Notes: a model not told the origin generated them from the letters alone. Positions 10,163 through 29,607 are shown, numbered from the stretch's first letter. The stretch is 64,000 bases of DNA from an uncultured Holophagales bacterium (GCA_963842525.1 CAWJGT010000009.1:1344001-1408000); one strand, 5' to 3'. Numbers and translations: made by a program.

Positions 10163-13100
10163 GCGCGGCCCGGGCGCGGCGGGCGAGGAGGCCATAGCCG
10201 GCCGCGGCGGCCTCTCGTGCGACCGCCGCCAGCCGTGCGCGGCCGGTGGCCTCGCCCGTCTCATCGGCACCGGCCTCCAGGGTGCCGAGGATGAGCCGGG
10301 CCTCCAGGGCGAGCGGGCGCAGGCCCATGTGCTCCGCTTCGGCGAGGGTGGCGCGTAGCGCACCAGCCGCCTGGCGAACCTGTCCTGTCGCCGCTTGAAC
10401 CCGCGCCGCGGCCAGGGACGCCTGGAGCTGAAGCACCCGGTTCTCGCAGGCGGCGAGAGGCTCTGCGGCGCGCTGGACCTCGGCGGCGGCAGCGTCCTTG
10501 CGGCCCTGGGCCAGGGCGGCCAGGACGAGCACGGTCCGCGCCGGCAGCTCGTCATCCGGCGACGGTTTCGCTCCCAGGGTGGCCAGGGATGCGCGCACCA
10601 TGGCGGCCCCGGCCTCGGCCTGGCCGGCGTCCACCAGGACCCGCGCCAGCTCGACCCTCTGGCGCGCCGCCCAGAGCTTCTCGCCCACGGCGTCGAGGCC
10701 GGCGGCGGACGCCCCCAGCTCTCGTTGCGCCGCAGGCAGATCGCCGCGCAGAGCCAGCACCTGTCCCTGCAGGCCCCGGTCCTCGGCCACTCCGGACGCC
10801 TCGCCGGTCGAGCGATGCAGCGCCAGGGCACGGGATACCAGGTCCGCCGCTTCCTGGAGCTTCCCTTCCTCGATGGAGAGCGCGGCCAGATTGGAGAGCA
10901 CCGCCGCCTCGCTGCTGCGGTCGCCGAGCTCGCGCAGGGTGGCCGCTGTCTCCGCGAACAAGGCTCGCGCCTGAATGCGCCGACCCAACCGCTGGTCGAC
11001 GCGCGCCAGGTTGACGCCGATCTGGGCCGCCGTCCTCTTCGCTCCGATGCGGCGGAAGATGGCCAGCGCCTCCTCATAGCTTTCCCGAGCCCCGGCCAGG
11101 TCGCCGCGCTCCGAGAGGGTGACGCCGATGTTGGTCAGGCCGAGACCTCGGGTCTCCTCATTCCCGGTCGCACGGCCGATGGCGATGACCTCCTCGAACG
11201 TCCGGCGGGCGGCGGCAAGTTCACCCTGCTGCGCGAGGACGGAGCCGACGGCGCTGAGCGCCGTGGCCGCCGAGACGAGGTCTCCGGACGCCCGGAACAG
11301 CTCGTGGGCGCGCTCGTCGGCGACCCGCGCCTCGGGCAGGCGGCCGAGAGCGCGGAGGCCGACCCCCTGGAAGTACAGCGCCCGTGCGACCACGAGCGGC
11401 GCATCCTGGAGCTCCCCTTCGCGTTTGGCGCCTGCCGCAGCCTCGAGCGCCTGCTCGTAGTCGCCGAGGCTCAGGGAGGCTTCGGCTTCGACGAGGTCGA
11501 TCCGCGGGTCGTCGCGCCCGGGAAGCGCCGACGCGCGCAGGAGCGCGACCGTGTCGAGGGCGGCGACCGCGTCTCCCTTCTGGATCTGCACCCGCCCCAG
11601 GCGGAGGCCGTATTCGAAGTCGTCGGGAAAGCGGGTCCACAGCTCGCGATAGACGGCGGCTGCCGGCTCCCACTGCCGCAACGTCTCGTAGAAGCGGGCC
11701 TCCACCCGCCGCCGGGATTCATAACCGAGCGCGGACGAGCGGCGGAAAGCCTCCCGCGCGGACTCCTCGGCGCGTGCCTGCCAGCCCAGCGTCTTCCAGG
11801 CGGCGGCCAGCTCGGCCCGGATGAGCGCATTGTCCGGATCGGCGTCGCGCGCCTGTTCGAGCAGGCTCGTCGCCTGCAGGGTCTCGAAGCGCGAGAGCTT
11901 CTCCAGGCCCTCGGCATAGAGGCGGGCAGCACGCACGCTGGCCGGCCGGGCCGCCTGCATCGCCTCCTTTTCCGCAGTGGACAGATCCTCCATTCCCAGG
12001 CCGTGGCGCAACCGCATGCCGAGCGTATCGATCAGATCGAGGAGGGCCTCCTCGGTCCCGTCCTCGCGCACCGAGCCGACGATCTCGCCGCTGCGGGCGT
12101 CCTGGATCGTCACGGTACAGCGGACCCGTCCGCGCTGGCGGGCGAGGTACGCGCCGGTGATCACGAAGTCGGCGGCGAGGCGGGTACGCAGGCGCGCCAG
12201 GGCCTCCGGAGAGAGGTCCGAGCCGGTCGACAAGGCGAGGTCCTGCCGCGCCCGGGTCACCTGCTCGCCGGGGATCAGCCGCAACCGCTCCCCGGCGGCG
12301 AGCTCGGAAGGCAGGAGTCGCACCAGCGAGCGCTCCACATAGTCCAGCTCCGGATCCCGGGATAGGTTCTCGAAGCCGAACACCGCCACGGCGGGGCGTG
12401 GTGCGGCTGGCGACGGAGCGACGGAAGGCTGCCGGAGGGTCTCCCACGTCCGCCAGCCGATGGCGGCGAGGACGATCAGCACCACGGCTGTGCCCGCGGC
12501 CCACGCCCATCGGGAACGGCGCCGCCGGCGCAACGTGCGCGGTGAGGGCCCCGAGCCACGGGCACCGCCGGAGGTGGACAAGGCCCGCGCCACCTCGACC
12601 GGCGTGGCAAAGCGCTCGGCCGGATCGCTCTCCAGGCAGCGCAGGATCACCTCCTCCCAGAGCGGATCGAGGCCGGGCTCGTAGACGCGCGGCAGCGTCG
12701 GCGGCTCGCACAGGCGCTTGATCGCCGTTCCGACCGCTGTGTCGGCGCTGAACGGCAGACTGCCGGTGACCATCTCGTAAAGGACGATGCCGAAGGCGTA
12801 GACGTCGGTGGCCGGCGTCACCGGCTCGCCCCGGACCTGCTCAGGGGCCATGTAGGCCGGCGAGCCGAGGATGGTACCCGTGCGGGTGACCGAGGCCGAC
12901 ACCGAGCTGCTCCAGGCGAGGCCGAAATCGGTGACCACGGCGCGCAGGCCCTCGGACCCTTGCACCAGCATGACGTTGCCGCTCTTGAAATCGCGATGGA
13001 CGACGCCGGCCTGATGGGCAGCCTGCAGGCCCTCGGCAATGTGGGCGACCAGCGGCAGCGCCTCGGGCGGGGTCAGCCGTCCCGTGCGCTGGAGGCACTC

Positions 13101-13448
13101 CTCCAGCGTCTCGCCGCACAGCAGCTCCATGGTGATGAACGCGAGATCGGCCCCGCCCTCTCCATGGTGATGGAACAGGTCGAAGGTCCGGCAGACGCTG
13201 GGATGGGTGACCCGGCGGGCGAGCTGGATCTCGCGCTTGAAGCGGTGCAGCACCTCCGGATCGCGGGCGATCTCGGGGCGCAGCACCTTGACGGCCACCT
13301 GCTCCTCGAGCTCGAGGTCCGTGGCCTCGTAGACCTCTCCGATCGCCCCCTCGCCGAGACGGGCGACGATCCGGAAACGGCCGGCAAGAACCTGGCCCGC
13401 TGCCAGCAGCGGTGCGCCGAAACGGCTCTTGGAGGGCGGCTCTTCCAC
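10137..13448 (-). CDS. Ser/Thr protein kinase with transmembrane segment and TPR repeats
   Basis: LGEGAIGEVY, VAVK, HRDFKSGN, TDFG, YMAPE; TM helix (WAWAAGTAVVLIVLAAIGW); VAVFGFENLS domain; helical TPR-like repeats. GTG 13448 with GAGG RBS is taken as the start. 3' end overlaps the activator by 26 bp. Confidence 0.9.
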
Positions 13449-13569
13449 TCTGGTTGACCTCTCAGCCGGGATCAAGGGTACCGTCCTCACTATATCGTGC
13501 CAGGCAGCCCGAAGCGGGAACAACCGTCGGCATGTCCTCCTCCCTACCTCGGTGGGTATGGGGGAGATT

Positions 13570-13947
13570 GCAGTGGGAGTTGCCGCTGCCGCGGTGGGCT
13601 TTGCCGCCGCCGCGGTTGGAGCTGCCGCTCCCACGGGAGCGGTTCGACTCCCCGCGGGGAATGTAGCTGGTCCCGCAGTGGGAGTTGCCGCTGCCGCGGT
13701 GGGCTTTGCCGCTGCCGCGGTTGGAGTTGCCGCTCCCGCGGGAGCGGTTCGACTCCCCGCGGGGAATGCAGCTGGTCCCGCAGTGGGAGTTGCCGCTGCC
13801 GCGGTGGGCTTTGCCGCTGCCGCGGTTGGAGTTGCCGCTCCCGCGGGAGCGGTTCGACTCTCCGCGGGGAATGTAGCTGGTCCCGCAGTGGGGGTTGCCG
13901 CTGCCGCGGTGGGCTTTGCCGCTGCCGCGGTTGGAGTTGCCGCTGCC
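13570..13947. repeat. Higher-order tandem repeat: 3.6 x 105-bp unit, each of five related 21-bp subunits
   Basis: GCAGTGGG starts recur at 13570, 13675, 13780 and 13885. Subunits: GCAGTGGGAGTTGCCGCTGCC / GCGGTGGGCTTTGCCGCTGCC / GCGGTTGGAGTTGCCGCTCCC / GCGGGAGCGGTTCGACTCCCC / GCGGGGAATGTAGCTGGTCCC. Confidence 0.95.
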
Positions 13948-13999
13948 ACGGACGGCTACCCCCGGCAGCCGGCGCTCTCTGCTGCTAAAATAACGGCTC

Positions 14000-15001
14000 A
14001 TGCCCAGATCCCTGATGCCTGAAGAGCGCGCGGCGATCCGCAGGCTCTCGCGGCGGAGCAACGCGCGGGCCTTTCTCACCATCGCTCTGGACTGGGGTGT
14101 GATCGCGCTGGCGGCGGCGCTGGCCGAGCTGTCGGCCTCCCCCTGGGTCTATGCGCTGGCCGTCATCGCCATCGCCCGGCAGATGAACGCGCTCTTCGAG
14201 CTCCACCATCACGCGATCCATGCCAACCTCTTCACCCGCAAGGCCTGGAACCGCGCCCTTGAGCCTCTGTACTCGCTGCCGCTCTGGGTCACGGTCGACT
14301 CCGACCGGGCCGACCACATGGAGCACCACCGCACCTTCACCGTAGAGGACTCCCACACCTGGGGCACCGGCTACGGCCTCGATCCGGCGCGGCGACACGA
14401 CCGGCGCTACATGCGTTGGTTCCTCATCATCCGGCCCTTCCTGGGGATCCTGCAGGCGGCCGACCTGCGGGAGATCCTGACCTCCCGGCGATGGCAGGAC
14501 GCTGGCTACCGGCGCCGGGTGCTCGCCTTCTGGGCCTGTGCCGTGGGGCTGCTGATGGTGGCCGGCCGGCTCGACCTGCTGCTCTGGTACTGGCTCGTGC
14601 CGCGCTTCACGGTGTTCCCGATCCTGTTTTTCTGGGACGACATGATGGGCCACTACAACAGCCAGCGCACCGGCACGCGGGAGATGCGCGGCTTCTGGTT
14701 CGCGCTCTTCTGCGCGCACGGCACGAGCTTCCACAACGTCCACCACCTCTTCCCGGCCGTCCCCTGGTTCCGGATGGAGGCGGCCACGAAGGTCGCCGTG
14801 GACGAAGCCGAGGTGGACGTGGCGCACGGCTTCCTGGACGGCATGCGGCAGCTCTGCGAGGTGCCGGAGGCTGGAAGGTCCCCGTCTTGGGCTCAGACCC
14901 CGTCGTGTCATCCTGAGCGCAGCGAAGGATCTGGGGGAAGGCGAAAGAGATCCGACGATTTGGGACCTTGGCTCGCGGAGCCTTCCCGTTCGCGCCAATA
15001 G
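14000..15001 (+). CDS. Membrane-bound fatty acid desaturase family protein
   Basis: Three His boxes (HHAIH, HMEHH, HNVHH) and hydrophobic segments. The C-terminal ~40 aa read through a REP-like sequence. Confidence 0.88.
   Translation: MPRSLMPEERAAIRRLSRRSNARAFLTIALDWGVIALAAALAELSASPWVYALAVIAIARQMNALFELHHHAIHANLFTRKAWNRALEPLYSLPLWVTVDSDRADHMEHHRTFTVEDSHTWGTGYGLDPARRHDRRYMRWFLIIRPFLGILQAADLREILTSRRWQDAGYRRRVLAFWACAVGLLMVAGRLDLLLWYWLVPRFTVFPILFFWDDMMGHYNSQRTGTREMRGFWFALFCAHGTSFHNVHHLFPAVPWFRMEAATKVAVDEAEVDVAHGFLDGMRQLCEVPEAGRSPSWAQTPSCHPERSEGSGGRRKRSDDLGPWLAEPSRSRQ
14906..14953. repeat. REP-like element TGTCATCCTGAGCGCAGCGAAGGATCT with truncated inverted partner (AGATCC)
   Basis: Resembles the widespread (C/T)GTCATCCTGAGCG..GCGAAGGATCT REP class, with internal ATCCT..AGGAT palindrome. 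Confidence 0.7.
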
Positions 15002-15045
15002 GTGTTAAAGTTTCTTTCTGGAACGACTCCGATGGGAGCCAAGCC

Positions 15046-15828
15046 ATGAGCCAGTCCGCCGCCGCATCGCTCGCGCGCCTTCCCTTCGAGCTCGTCTACG
15101 AAGACGGGGAGCCCATGGAAGATCACTGGCATGTCGTCGGGAAGGATCTGCTCATCGACCAGGTCCGCCAGGTGATGGCGGAGAGAGGCCGGTCCGACTA
15201 CTTCACCAGCGGCAATATCTTCGTCTACTACTCCTTCAGGCAGGCTGAGGACGTGGTGAAGGGGCGTTCCTACTTCCGCGGTCCGGACTTCTTCTACGTG
15301 GGCGGAGTCGACGGCCGGCGGGAGCGTCACGCCTGGGTGGCGTGGGAAGAGGGAGGGCGTCTCCCCGATCTCATCGTAGAGCTGTTGTCTCCCAAGACGG
15401 CGCAGGTGGATCGGACGACGAAGAAGGAGCTGTACGCCCGGACGTTTCGGACTCCGGAGTATTATCTCTACGACTTCGAGACCCTGAACCTCGAGGGGTT
15501 CCTGCTGGCCGGCGACGCATACGTACCCATGGTGCCCAACGTGCAGGGCCGTCTCCGGAGCCGGCAGCTCGGGCTCGACCTGGGCCTCTGGCACGGACTG
15601 CGGGATGAGGTGGAGACCACATGGTTGCGGTTCTACCATCCCGATGGCCGCCTCGTCCCGACCCGCGACGAAGCCGCGAGTCAGCGTGCCGAGGCTGAGC
15701 ATCAACGTGCCGAAGCTGAGCACCAGCGCGCCGAAACCGAGCGTGAGCGAGCCGAAGCGGCGGAAGCGCGCGCCGAGGCGGCTCTGGCCGAGTTGGAGCG
15801 CCTGCGCGCCAAGCTTGCCCATCTTTAG
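15046..15828 (+). CDS. Uma2 (DUF820) family PD-(D/E)XK endonuclease with C-terminal coiled coil
   Basis: EDGEPME..H, GPDFFYV, PDLIVELLSP.T..DR..KK, EYYLYD; heptad QRAEAEH tail. Confidence 0.88.
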   Translation: MSQSAAASLARLPFELVYEDGEPMEDHWHVVGKDLLIDQVRQVMAERGRSDYFTSGNIFVYYSFRQAEDVVKGRSYFRGPDFFYVGGVDGRRERHAWVAWEEGGRLPDLIVELLSPKTAQVDRTTKKELYARTFRTPEYYLYDFETLNLEGFLLAGDAYVPMVPNVQGRLRSRQLGLDLGLWHGLRDEVETTWLRFYHPDGRLVPTRDEAASQRAEAEHQRAEAEHQRAETERERAEAAEARAEAALAELERLRAKLAHL

Positions 15829-16082
15829 ACACTGCCTGAATTCTGCTTGCTAGCCTGCCAGAGGCGCCCGAGGGCGGCGTTCTCCCGACCGTTGCGTCAC
15901 TTCTTGAAAGCGCCAGAAGAGAAGTAGAACACCCGTTCAACTTTCTTGTCCCGCTTTATCGCCTCTGCTGCACTTTGAAGCAAAGCCCGGTAGGCACAAG
16001 GTACATTTCAGCTCGTACGGGGCGTCTACATTTTTCAATTCTCCTCCCCTTTTGGGGAGGTCTGTTGGTTGGAGGGAGATCG

Positions 16083-18305
16083 ATGTACAGACGTGCATTT
16101 GCGTGCCTGTTGCTGCTGATGGTCCGTACCGCAGTGGCGCAGGAGACCCCGGTTCCGGCTTCTTCTTCCCAGTATTCAGTCGAGCCCACTCGGATCTCCG
16201 CCGCTCCCGCGATCGACGGACGGCTGGACGATGCCGTGTGGCAGGACTCGGCGTCCATCGGGAATTTCATCCAGTACGAGCCGCGGGAAGGGGTGCCGGC
16301 GACGGACCAGACCGAGATCCACGTCGCCTACGACGACCATAACCTCTATTTCGCCGTGCGCGCCTGGTCGGCGGAGCCGAACAAGATTGTCGCCAACATC
16401 ATGCGGCGCGACGGCGACCTCTCGAACGACGAGTCGGTGCAGATCTTCCTCGACACCTTCCTCGACCGCAGGAACGCCTTTTTCTTCGCGATCAACCCGC
16501 TGGGCGCCGAGGTGGACGGCCTGGTGCGCAACGAGGGCGAGGAGGTCAACTTCGAGTGGGACGGCCTGTGGGACGCTGTCACCGCCCGCGATGCCAAGGG
16601 ATGGACGGCCGAGATCGCCATCCCGTTCAAGACGCTGCGCTTCAATCACGCCGACGAGCAGGTCTGGGGCCTGAACGTCCGGCGCTTCATCGCGCACCGG
16701 CAGGAAGAGACGCACTGGCGGCCGATCCTGCGGCAGTGGGGGTATTTCGCCCGCTTCAAGGTCTCCGAGTTCGGCGAGCTGCGCGGCCTCCAGGGGGTGG
16801 CCCCCGGCGGGCGCTACCAGCTCGAGCCCTATACGGTGGCGCGCAACGAGCGCCAGGACTTTGGCGGCAAAGAGGGGTACACCAGCGGCGACATCGGCGG
16901 CGATTTCAAATGGAACATCACCTCGAACCTCGTGGCGGACGTGACGGTCAACACCGATTTCGCCGAGGCCGAGTCCGACCTGCAGCAGATCAACCTGACC
17001 CGCTTCAAGCTGTTCTACCCCGAGAAGCGCGAGTTCTTCCTCGAGGGCTCGAACCTCTTCTACTTCGGCGAGCGCATCGAGCCCTATGACGTGCCGGAGC
17101 GCTTCATCATGTTCTTCAGCCGCCAGATCGGCATCGCCGAGAACGGCGTCGAGGACATTCCGGTGCTCGGCGGGGCCAAGGTCTCCGGCCGGGTGGGGAA
17201 GACCGGCATCGGTTTCCTCAACCTGACGACCGACGACTACCGTTTCGCGGGCTTGAACGGGCAGGCGGTCGAACAGCCGCGGACCAACTTCACGGTCCTG
17301 CGGCTCAAGCAGGAGATCTACCCGAAGTCGAGCGTCGGGCTGATCGGTCTCAGCAAGGACCCCTCGGGAGATCATTACAACCGCGGCTACGGCTTCGACT
17401 GGGACCTGGCGATCGGCAAGCACCTGCAGTCGATCGGCTTCGTCACCCAGACCGCCACGCCGGGCCTCGAGGGGAATGACACGGCGGCCTCGGCCGACCT
17501 CCTCTATCAGAACAAGCACATCCGCGCGCGGACGATGGTCCTCGACATCGGCGAGAACTTCAACAACGAGCTCGGCTTCATCACGCGCACCGGCATCCGC
17601 AAGAGCCAGACCGACATCGGCTGGATCTTCAAGCCGCAGAAGCGCCTCGTCCACCGCGGGCTGCTGATCGGCGACTTCAGCCACGTCTCCGACCAGGAGG
17701 GCGAGCTCCAGTCGCAGATCTCGAAGCTCGAGCTCAACCTCTCGGCGCGGAGCCGCGACGGCATCGCCTGGCTGTACTTCGACAGCGTCGAGGTCCTGAA
17801 CGCGCCGCTGGTCCTCGCCCCGGGCGTCGTCGTCCCGCCCGGCCATTACCGGTTCCGCAACCTGTTCACCGGCGTTGCGTCGAGCTACACCCGTCCGCTC
17901 GGGTTCACCGCCTGGTACGACCAGGGAGGCTTCTACAACGGCGACCGCCTGCGCACGCTGCTGTCGGTCGTCTACCGGCCGGTCGACGGCCTGCTGGTGG
18001 CGGTGACGCACGACCGCCAGGACATCGAGCTGCCCACGGCCGGCTTCGTGTCCGACCTCATGTATTCGGATGTCGTCTACTCGTTCACGCCCACGCTCTT
18101 CACCCGCGTCCGCCTGCAGTGGAACAAGGACGACAACGTCCGGGCCAACGTCCTGCTCAACTGGACGTACGGGCCTGGCTCGGACATCTATCTGGTCTAC
18201 AACGAGATCCAGGATCTGAACGATGTCCGGCGAGCCCGGGAATTCAACCCGCTGGCCCCCGGGAGATCCCTGATCATCAAGGCAAGCAAACGGTTCGACT
18301 TTTGA
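16083..18305 (+). CDS. Outer-membrane protein, N-terminal CBM9/DOMON-like domain plus DUF5916-like beta-barrel
   Basis: GGAGGGAG RBS, signal peptide, PAIDGRLDDAVW, WTAEIAIPFKTLRF, NTDFAEAESD..INLTRF.LFYPEKREFFLE, C-terminal Phe. Confidence 0.85.
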   Translation: MYRRAFACLLLLMVRTAVAQETPVPASSSQYSVEPTRISAAPAIDGRLDDAVWQDSASIGNFIQYEPREGVPATDQTEIHVAYDDHNLYFAVRAWSAEPNKIVANIMRRDGDLSNDESVQIFLDTFLDRRNAFFFAINPLGAEVDGLVRNEGEEVNFEWDGLWDAVTARDAKGWTAEIAIPFKTLRFNHADEQVWGLNVRRFIAHRQEETHWRPILRQWGYFARFKVSEFGELRGLQGVAPGGRYQLEPYTVARNERQDFGGKEGYTSGDIGGDFKWNITSNLVADVTVNTDFAEAESDLQQINLTRFKLFYPEKREFFLEGSNLFYFGERIEPYDVPERFIMFFSRQIGIAENGVEDIPVLGGAKVSGRVGKTGIGFLNLTTDDYRFAGLNGQAVEQPRTNFTVLRLKQEIYPKSSVGLIGLSKDPSGDHYNRGYGFDWDLAIGKHLQSIGFVTQTATPGLEGNDTAASADLLYQNKHIRARTMVLDIGENFNNELGFITRTGIRKSQTDIGWIFKPQKRLVHRGLLIGDFSHVSDQEGELQSQISKLELNLSARSRDGIAWLYFDSVEVLNAPLVLAPGVVVPPGHYRFRNLFTGVASSYTRPLGFTAWYDQGGFYNGDRLRTLLSVVYRPVDGLLVAVTHDRQDIELPTAGFVSDLMYSDVVYSFTPTLFTRVRLQWNKDDNVRANVLLNWTYGPGSDIYLVYNEIQDLNDVRRAREFNPLAPGRSLIIKASKRFDF

Positions 18306-18331
18306 CGACGGCCAAGACCGGAGGAGCGGCC

Positions 18332-21300
18332 ATGAGCTCGCAGAATCTGGATCAGGCGATCGCCGTCGTCGGGTTGGCTTGCCGCTTCCCGGGAGCCCGC
18401 AACCCGGAGGAGCTGTGGCGCAATCTGCGCGAAGGGGTGGAAGCGATCCGTCTCCTGTCGGACGAGGAGATGGAGGCGCTCGGCGTGCCGGAAGCGGTGC
18501 GCCGCGACCCCGCGTGGGTGCCGGCGGTCTCCCTGCCCGACGGGATCGAGGAATTCGACGCATCATTTTTCGGCGTCAGCCATCGCGAGGCCGAGATCAT
18601 CGACCCGCAGCAGCGGCTGTTCCTGGAGTGCTGCTGGGAGGCGCTGGAGGACGCCGGCCATCCGCCGGAGCAGGGCTCCAGCCTGGTCGGCGTCTTCGCC
18701 GGGGCGACGACGAGCACCTACCTTCTCTTCAACCTGACGCGCAACCGCCAGGTGATGGCCTCGGTCGACCCGTTGCAGCTCGTGGTCGGCAACGCGGTCG
18801 ACTCGCTGGCGACGCGTGTCTCCTACAAGCTCGACCTCAAGGGGCCGAGCCAGGCGGTGCAGTGCGCCTGCTCGAGCTCGCTGGTGGCGGTCCACCAGGC
18901 CTGCCAGAGCCTCCTCAACCACGAGTGCGACATGGTCCTGGCGGGCGGCGTGTCGGTCAACGTCGCGCAGCGCGCCGGTTACACCTACCAGGAGGACTCG
19001 ATCCTGTCGCCCGACGGCCACTGCCGCGCCTTCGACGCGCGGGCCCGCGGTACGGTCTTCGGTGGCGGCGTGGGCGTAGTGGCGCTCAAGCGGCTGGCGG
19101 ACGCTCTCGCCGACGGCGACACGGTGCGCGCGGTGATCCTCGGCTCGGCGATCAACAACGACGGCGCGGTCAAGGTGGGCTATGCCGCGCCGAGTGTCGA
19201 GGGGCAGGCCGGGGTGATCACCGAGGCGCTGGAGGTCGCGGGCGTCGAAGCCGACTCGATCTCCTACATCGAGGCGCATGGCACGGGCACCAGCCTCGGC
19301 GATCCGATCGAGATCCAGGCCTTGACCAAGGCGTTCCGCGCCTTCACCGATCGCAAGGGTTTTTGCGCTCTCGGATCGATCAAGGCCAATATCGGCCATC
19401 TGGACATCGCATCGGGTATCGCCGGCCTGATCAAGACGGTGCTGGCCCTGGAGCACCGGGAGATCCCGCCGAGCCTGCACTTCACGGAGCCCAGCCCGCG
19501 GATCGACTTCGACGCGAGCCCGGTCTATGTCAACGACCGGTTGCGGCCCTGGAAGAGCGCGGATGCGCCGCGGCGGGCCGGCGTCAGCTCGTTCGGCTTC
19601 GGCGGCACGAACGCGCACGCGATCCTGGAGGAGGCGCCCGAGCGTCCGGCTCCGGCGGCGGAGCGGCCCTGGAAGCTGCTGGTGCTCTCCGCGCGCACGC
19701 CGACGGCCCTGGACGCCGCCACCCGCCGCTTGGCCGGGCATCTCCGCCGCCATCCTGAGGGGAGCCTTGACGATGTTTCGTTCACGCTTCTCGCCGGCCG
19801 GCGGACCTTCCCGTTCCGGCGTGCCTTGATTTGCCGCAATGCCGCGAATAACGCGGACGCGGTGGCCTGCCTGGAGGGGAGAGATCCCGAGCGGGTGCTC
19901 CTGGGGACGGGCGACGAGCCGCGGCAGCGGAAGATTGCCTTTCTGTTCCCGGGGCAAGGTGCGCAGCACGCCGGCATGGGACGCGGCCTGTACGACAACG
20001 AGCCGGTCTATCGGGCGGAGGTCGACCGCAGCTGCGAGCTGCTGCGGCCCCTGCTCGGCCTCGATTTGCGGGAGGTCCTGTTCCCGCGGGCGGGGGAGGA
20101 GAGCGAGGCGGACGAGAAGCTCGCCCGCACGCGGCTGACACAGCCGGCGCTCTTCGTCGTCGAATACTCCCTGGCGCGGCTCTGGATGTCGTGGGGGATC
20201 GAGCCGCAGGCGATGCTCGGCCACAGCGTGGGCGAGTACGTGGCGGCCTGCGTGGCAGGCGTCTTCTCGCTGGAGGACGCCCTGGCCGTGGTGGCCGAGC
20301 GCGGCCGGCTGATCGATGCCCTGCCCGAAGGGGCGATGCTCGGCATCCCCCTCGACGCCTGGGCGGTCTGGGAGCTGGCGTCGGACCTCGTGTGCGGCAT
20401 GGACCGTCCGGGGATTGCGGAGGAGCGGCGCAACGGCGGGCGGACCCGCTGGGAGGGAGGGTCTCTCTCCCTCGCCGCGATCAACGAGCCGGGACGGTCG
20501 GTGATGGCCGGCCCCGAGGAGGCTGTCGCGGAGCTGGAGCGCCGCCTGGCGGAGAAGGGGATCGCGGCGCGGCGGCTCCACACGTCGCACGCCTTCCACT
20601 CGGCCATGATGGAGCCCGCGGTGGCGCCGCTCCTCGATCTCCTGCGCCGGGTGCGCCTCGCGCCGCCGCGCATCCCGTTCGTCTCGAACCTCACCGGCAC
20701 CTGGATCCGGCCCGAGGATGCCATCGACCCCGCGTACTGGGCGCGCCACCTGCGCGAGCCGGTGCGCTTCGCCGACGGCCTGCGCGAGCTGCTCGCCGAG
20801 CGCGACCGGGTCCTCCTGGAGGTCGGGCCGGGCCGCACGCTGACCACGCTCGCGGCACGGCAGGCCGCGGGCCGGCCGGCGATCGCCTCGATGCGCCACC
20901 CGAAGGACGCGGGAGCGGATCAGGCCCGCCTGCTGGAGGCCTTGGGGCGGCTGTGGCTCGCCGGCCACCGGCTCGACCCGGCACGGGTGTTCGCCGGCCA
21001 GGAGCGGCGCCGCGTGCCGCTCCCGACCTACCCCTTCGAACGCCTTCGCTACTGGATCGAGCCGACGCCGGGCGACGAGCTGACGCCGGGCCTCGCCGCA
21101 CAGCCCCGATCCTCGGTGGACGAGGAGCGGACCGTCGAAGACCGGCGGACGGGGGAGAGGACGGAGTCCGAGCAGAAGCTCCATCCGCGTCCGCCGCTCG
21201 CCGTGGCCTACGTGGCGCCGCGCAGCGAGGTGGAGAAGCGGGTGGCCGGCGTGTGGCGCGAGATCCTGGGGCTCGACGAGGTGGGCCTCCACGACAGCTT

Positions 21301-21563
21301 CCTCGAGCTGGGCGGGGACTCTCTCCTCGCCACCCGCCTCATGTCCCGCCTGCGCGAAGAGCTCTCGGTGGAGCTGGCCGTCGAACGGCTCTTCGAAGCT
21401 CCCACCGTGGCCGGCGTCTCCTTTGCCGTCATGGAGAGCCGCGCCGAGCGGGTGCACACCCAGCAGCTCGACTGGCTGCTGTCCCAGATCCAGGGACTAT
21501 CCGAGCAGGAGCTGGAGACCGCCTGGGCCGAAGAGGTCGGCTCCGGGCCGGAGGAGCAACAGC

Positions 21564-21571
<8 letters not shown>
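18332..21571 (+). CDS. Type I PKS, KS-AT(malonyl)-ACP
   Basis: GGAGGAG RBS before ATG 18332. KS CACSSS, HGTGT, NIGHL; AT GHSVG, HAFH; ACP LGGDSL; acidic docking tail. Confidence 0.95.

Positions 21572-29607
<8,036 letters not shown>

Noticed and set aside
13636-13660. GGTTCGACTCCC resembling a tRNA T-loop
   Set aside because: The flanking stem does not pair, there is no cloverleaf, and it is simply one subunit of the tandem repeat.
13570-13947. Possible CRISPR array
   Set aside because: Units are contiguous and near-identical with no unique spacers, and no cas genes are present.
13449-13949. 167-aa N-terminal extension of the kinase in the ORF track
   Set aside because: It is mostly the tandem repeat read through. 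GTG 13448 has an RBS and sits just before the kinase domain.
15680-15800. 21-bp repeats in the Uma2 gene
   Set aside because: Ordinary coding coiled-coil heptads typical of this family.
15985-16000. ops-like element (CCCGGTAGGCAC) in the operon leader
   Set aside because: Only the CGGTAG core matches GGCGGTAGnnTG, and there is no NusG paralog in the window.
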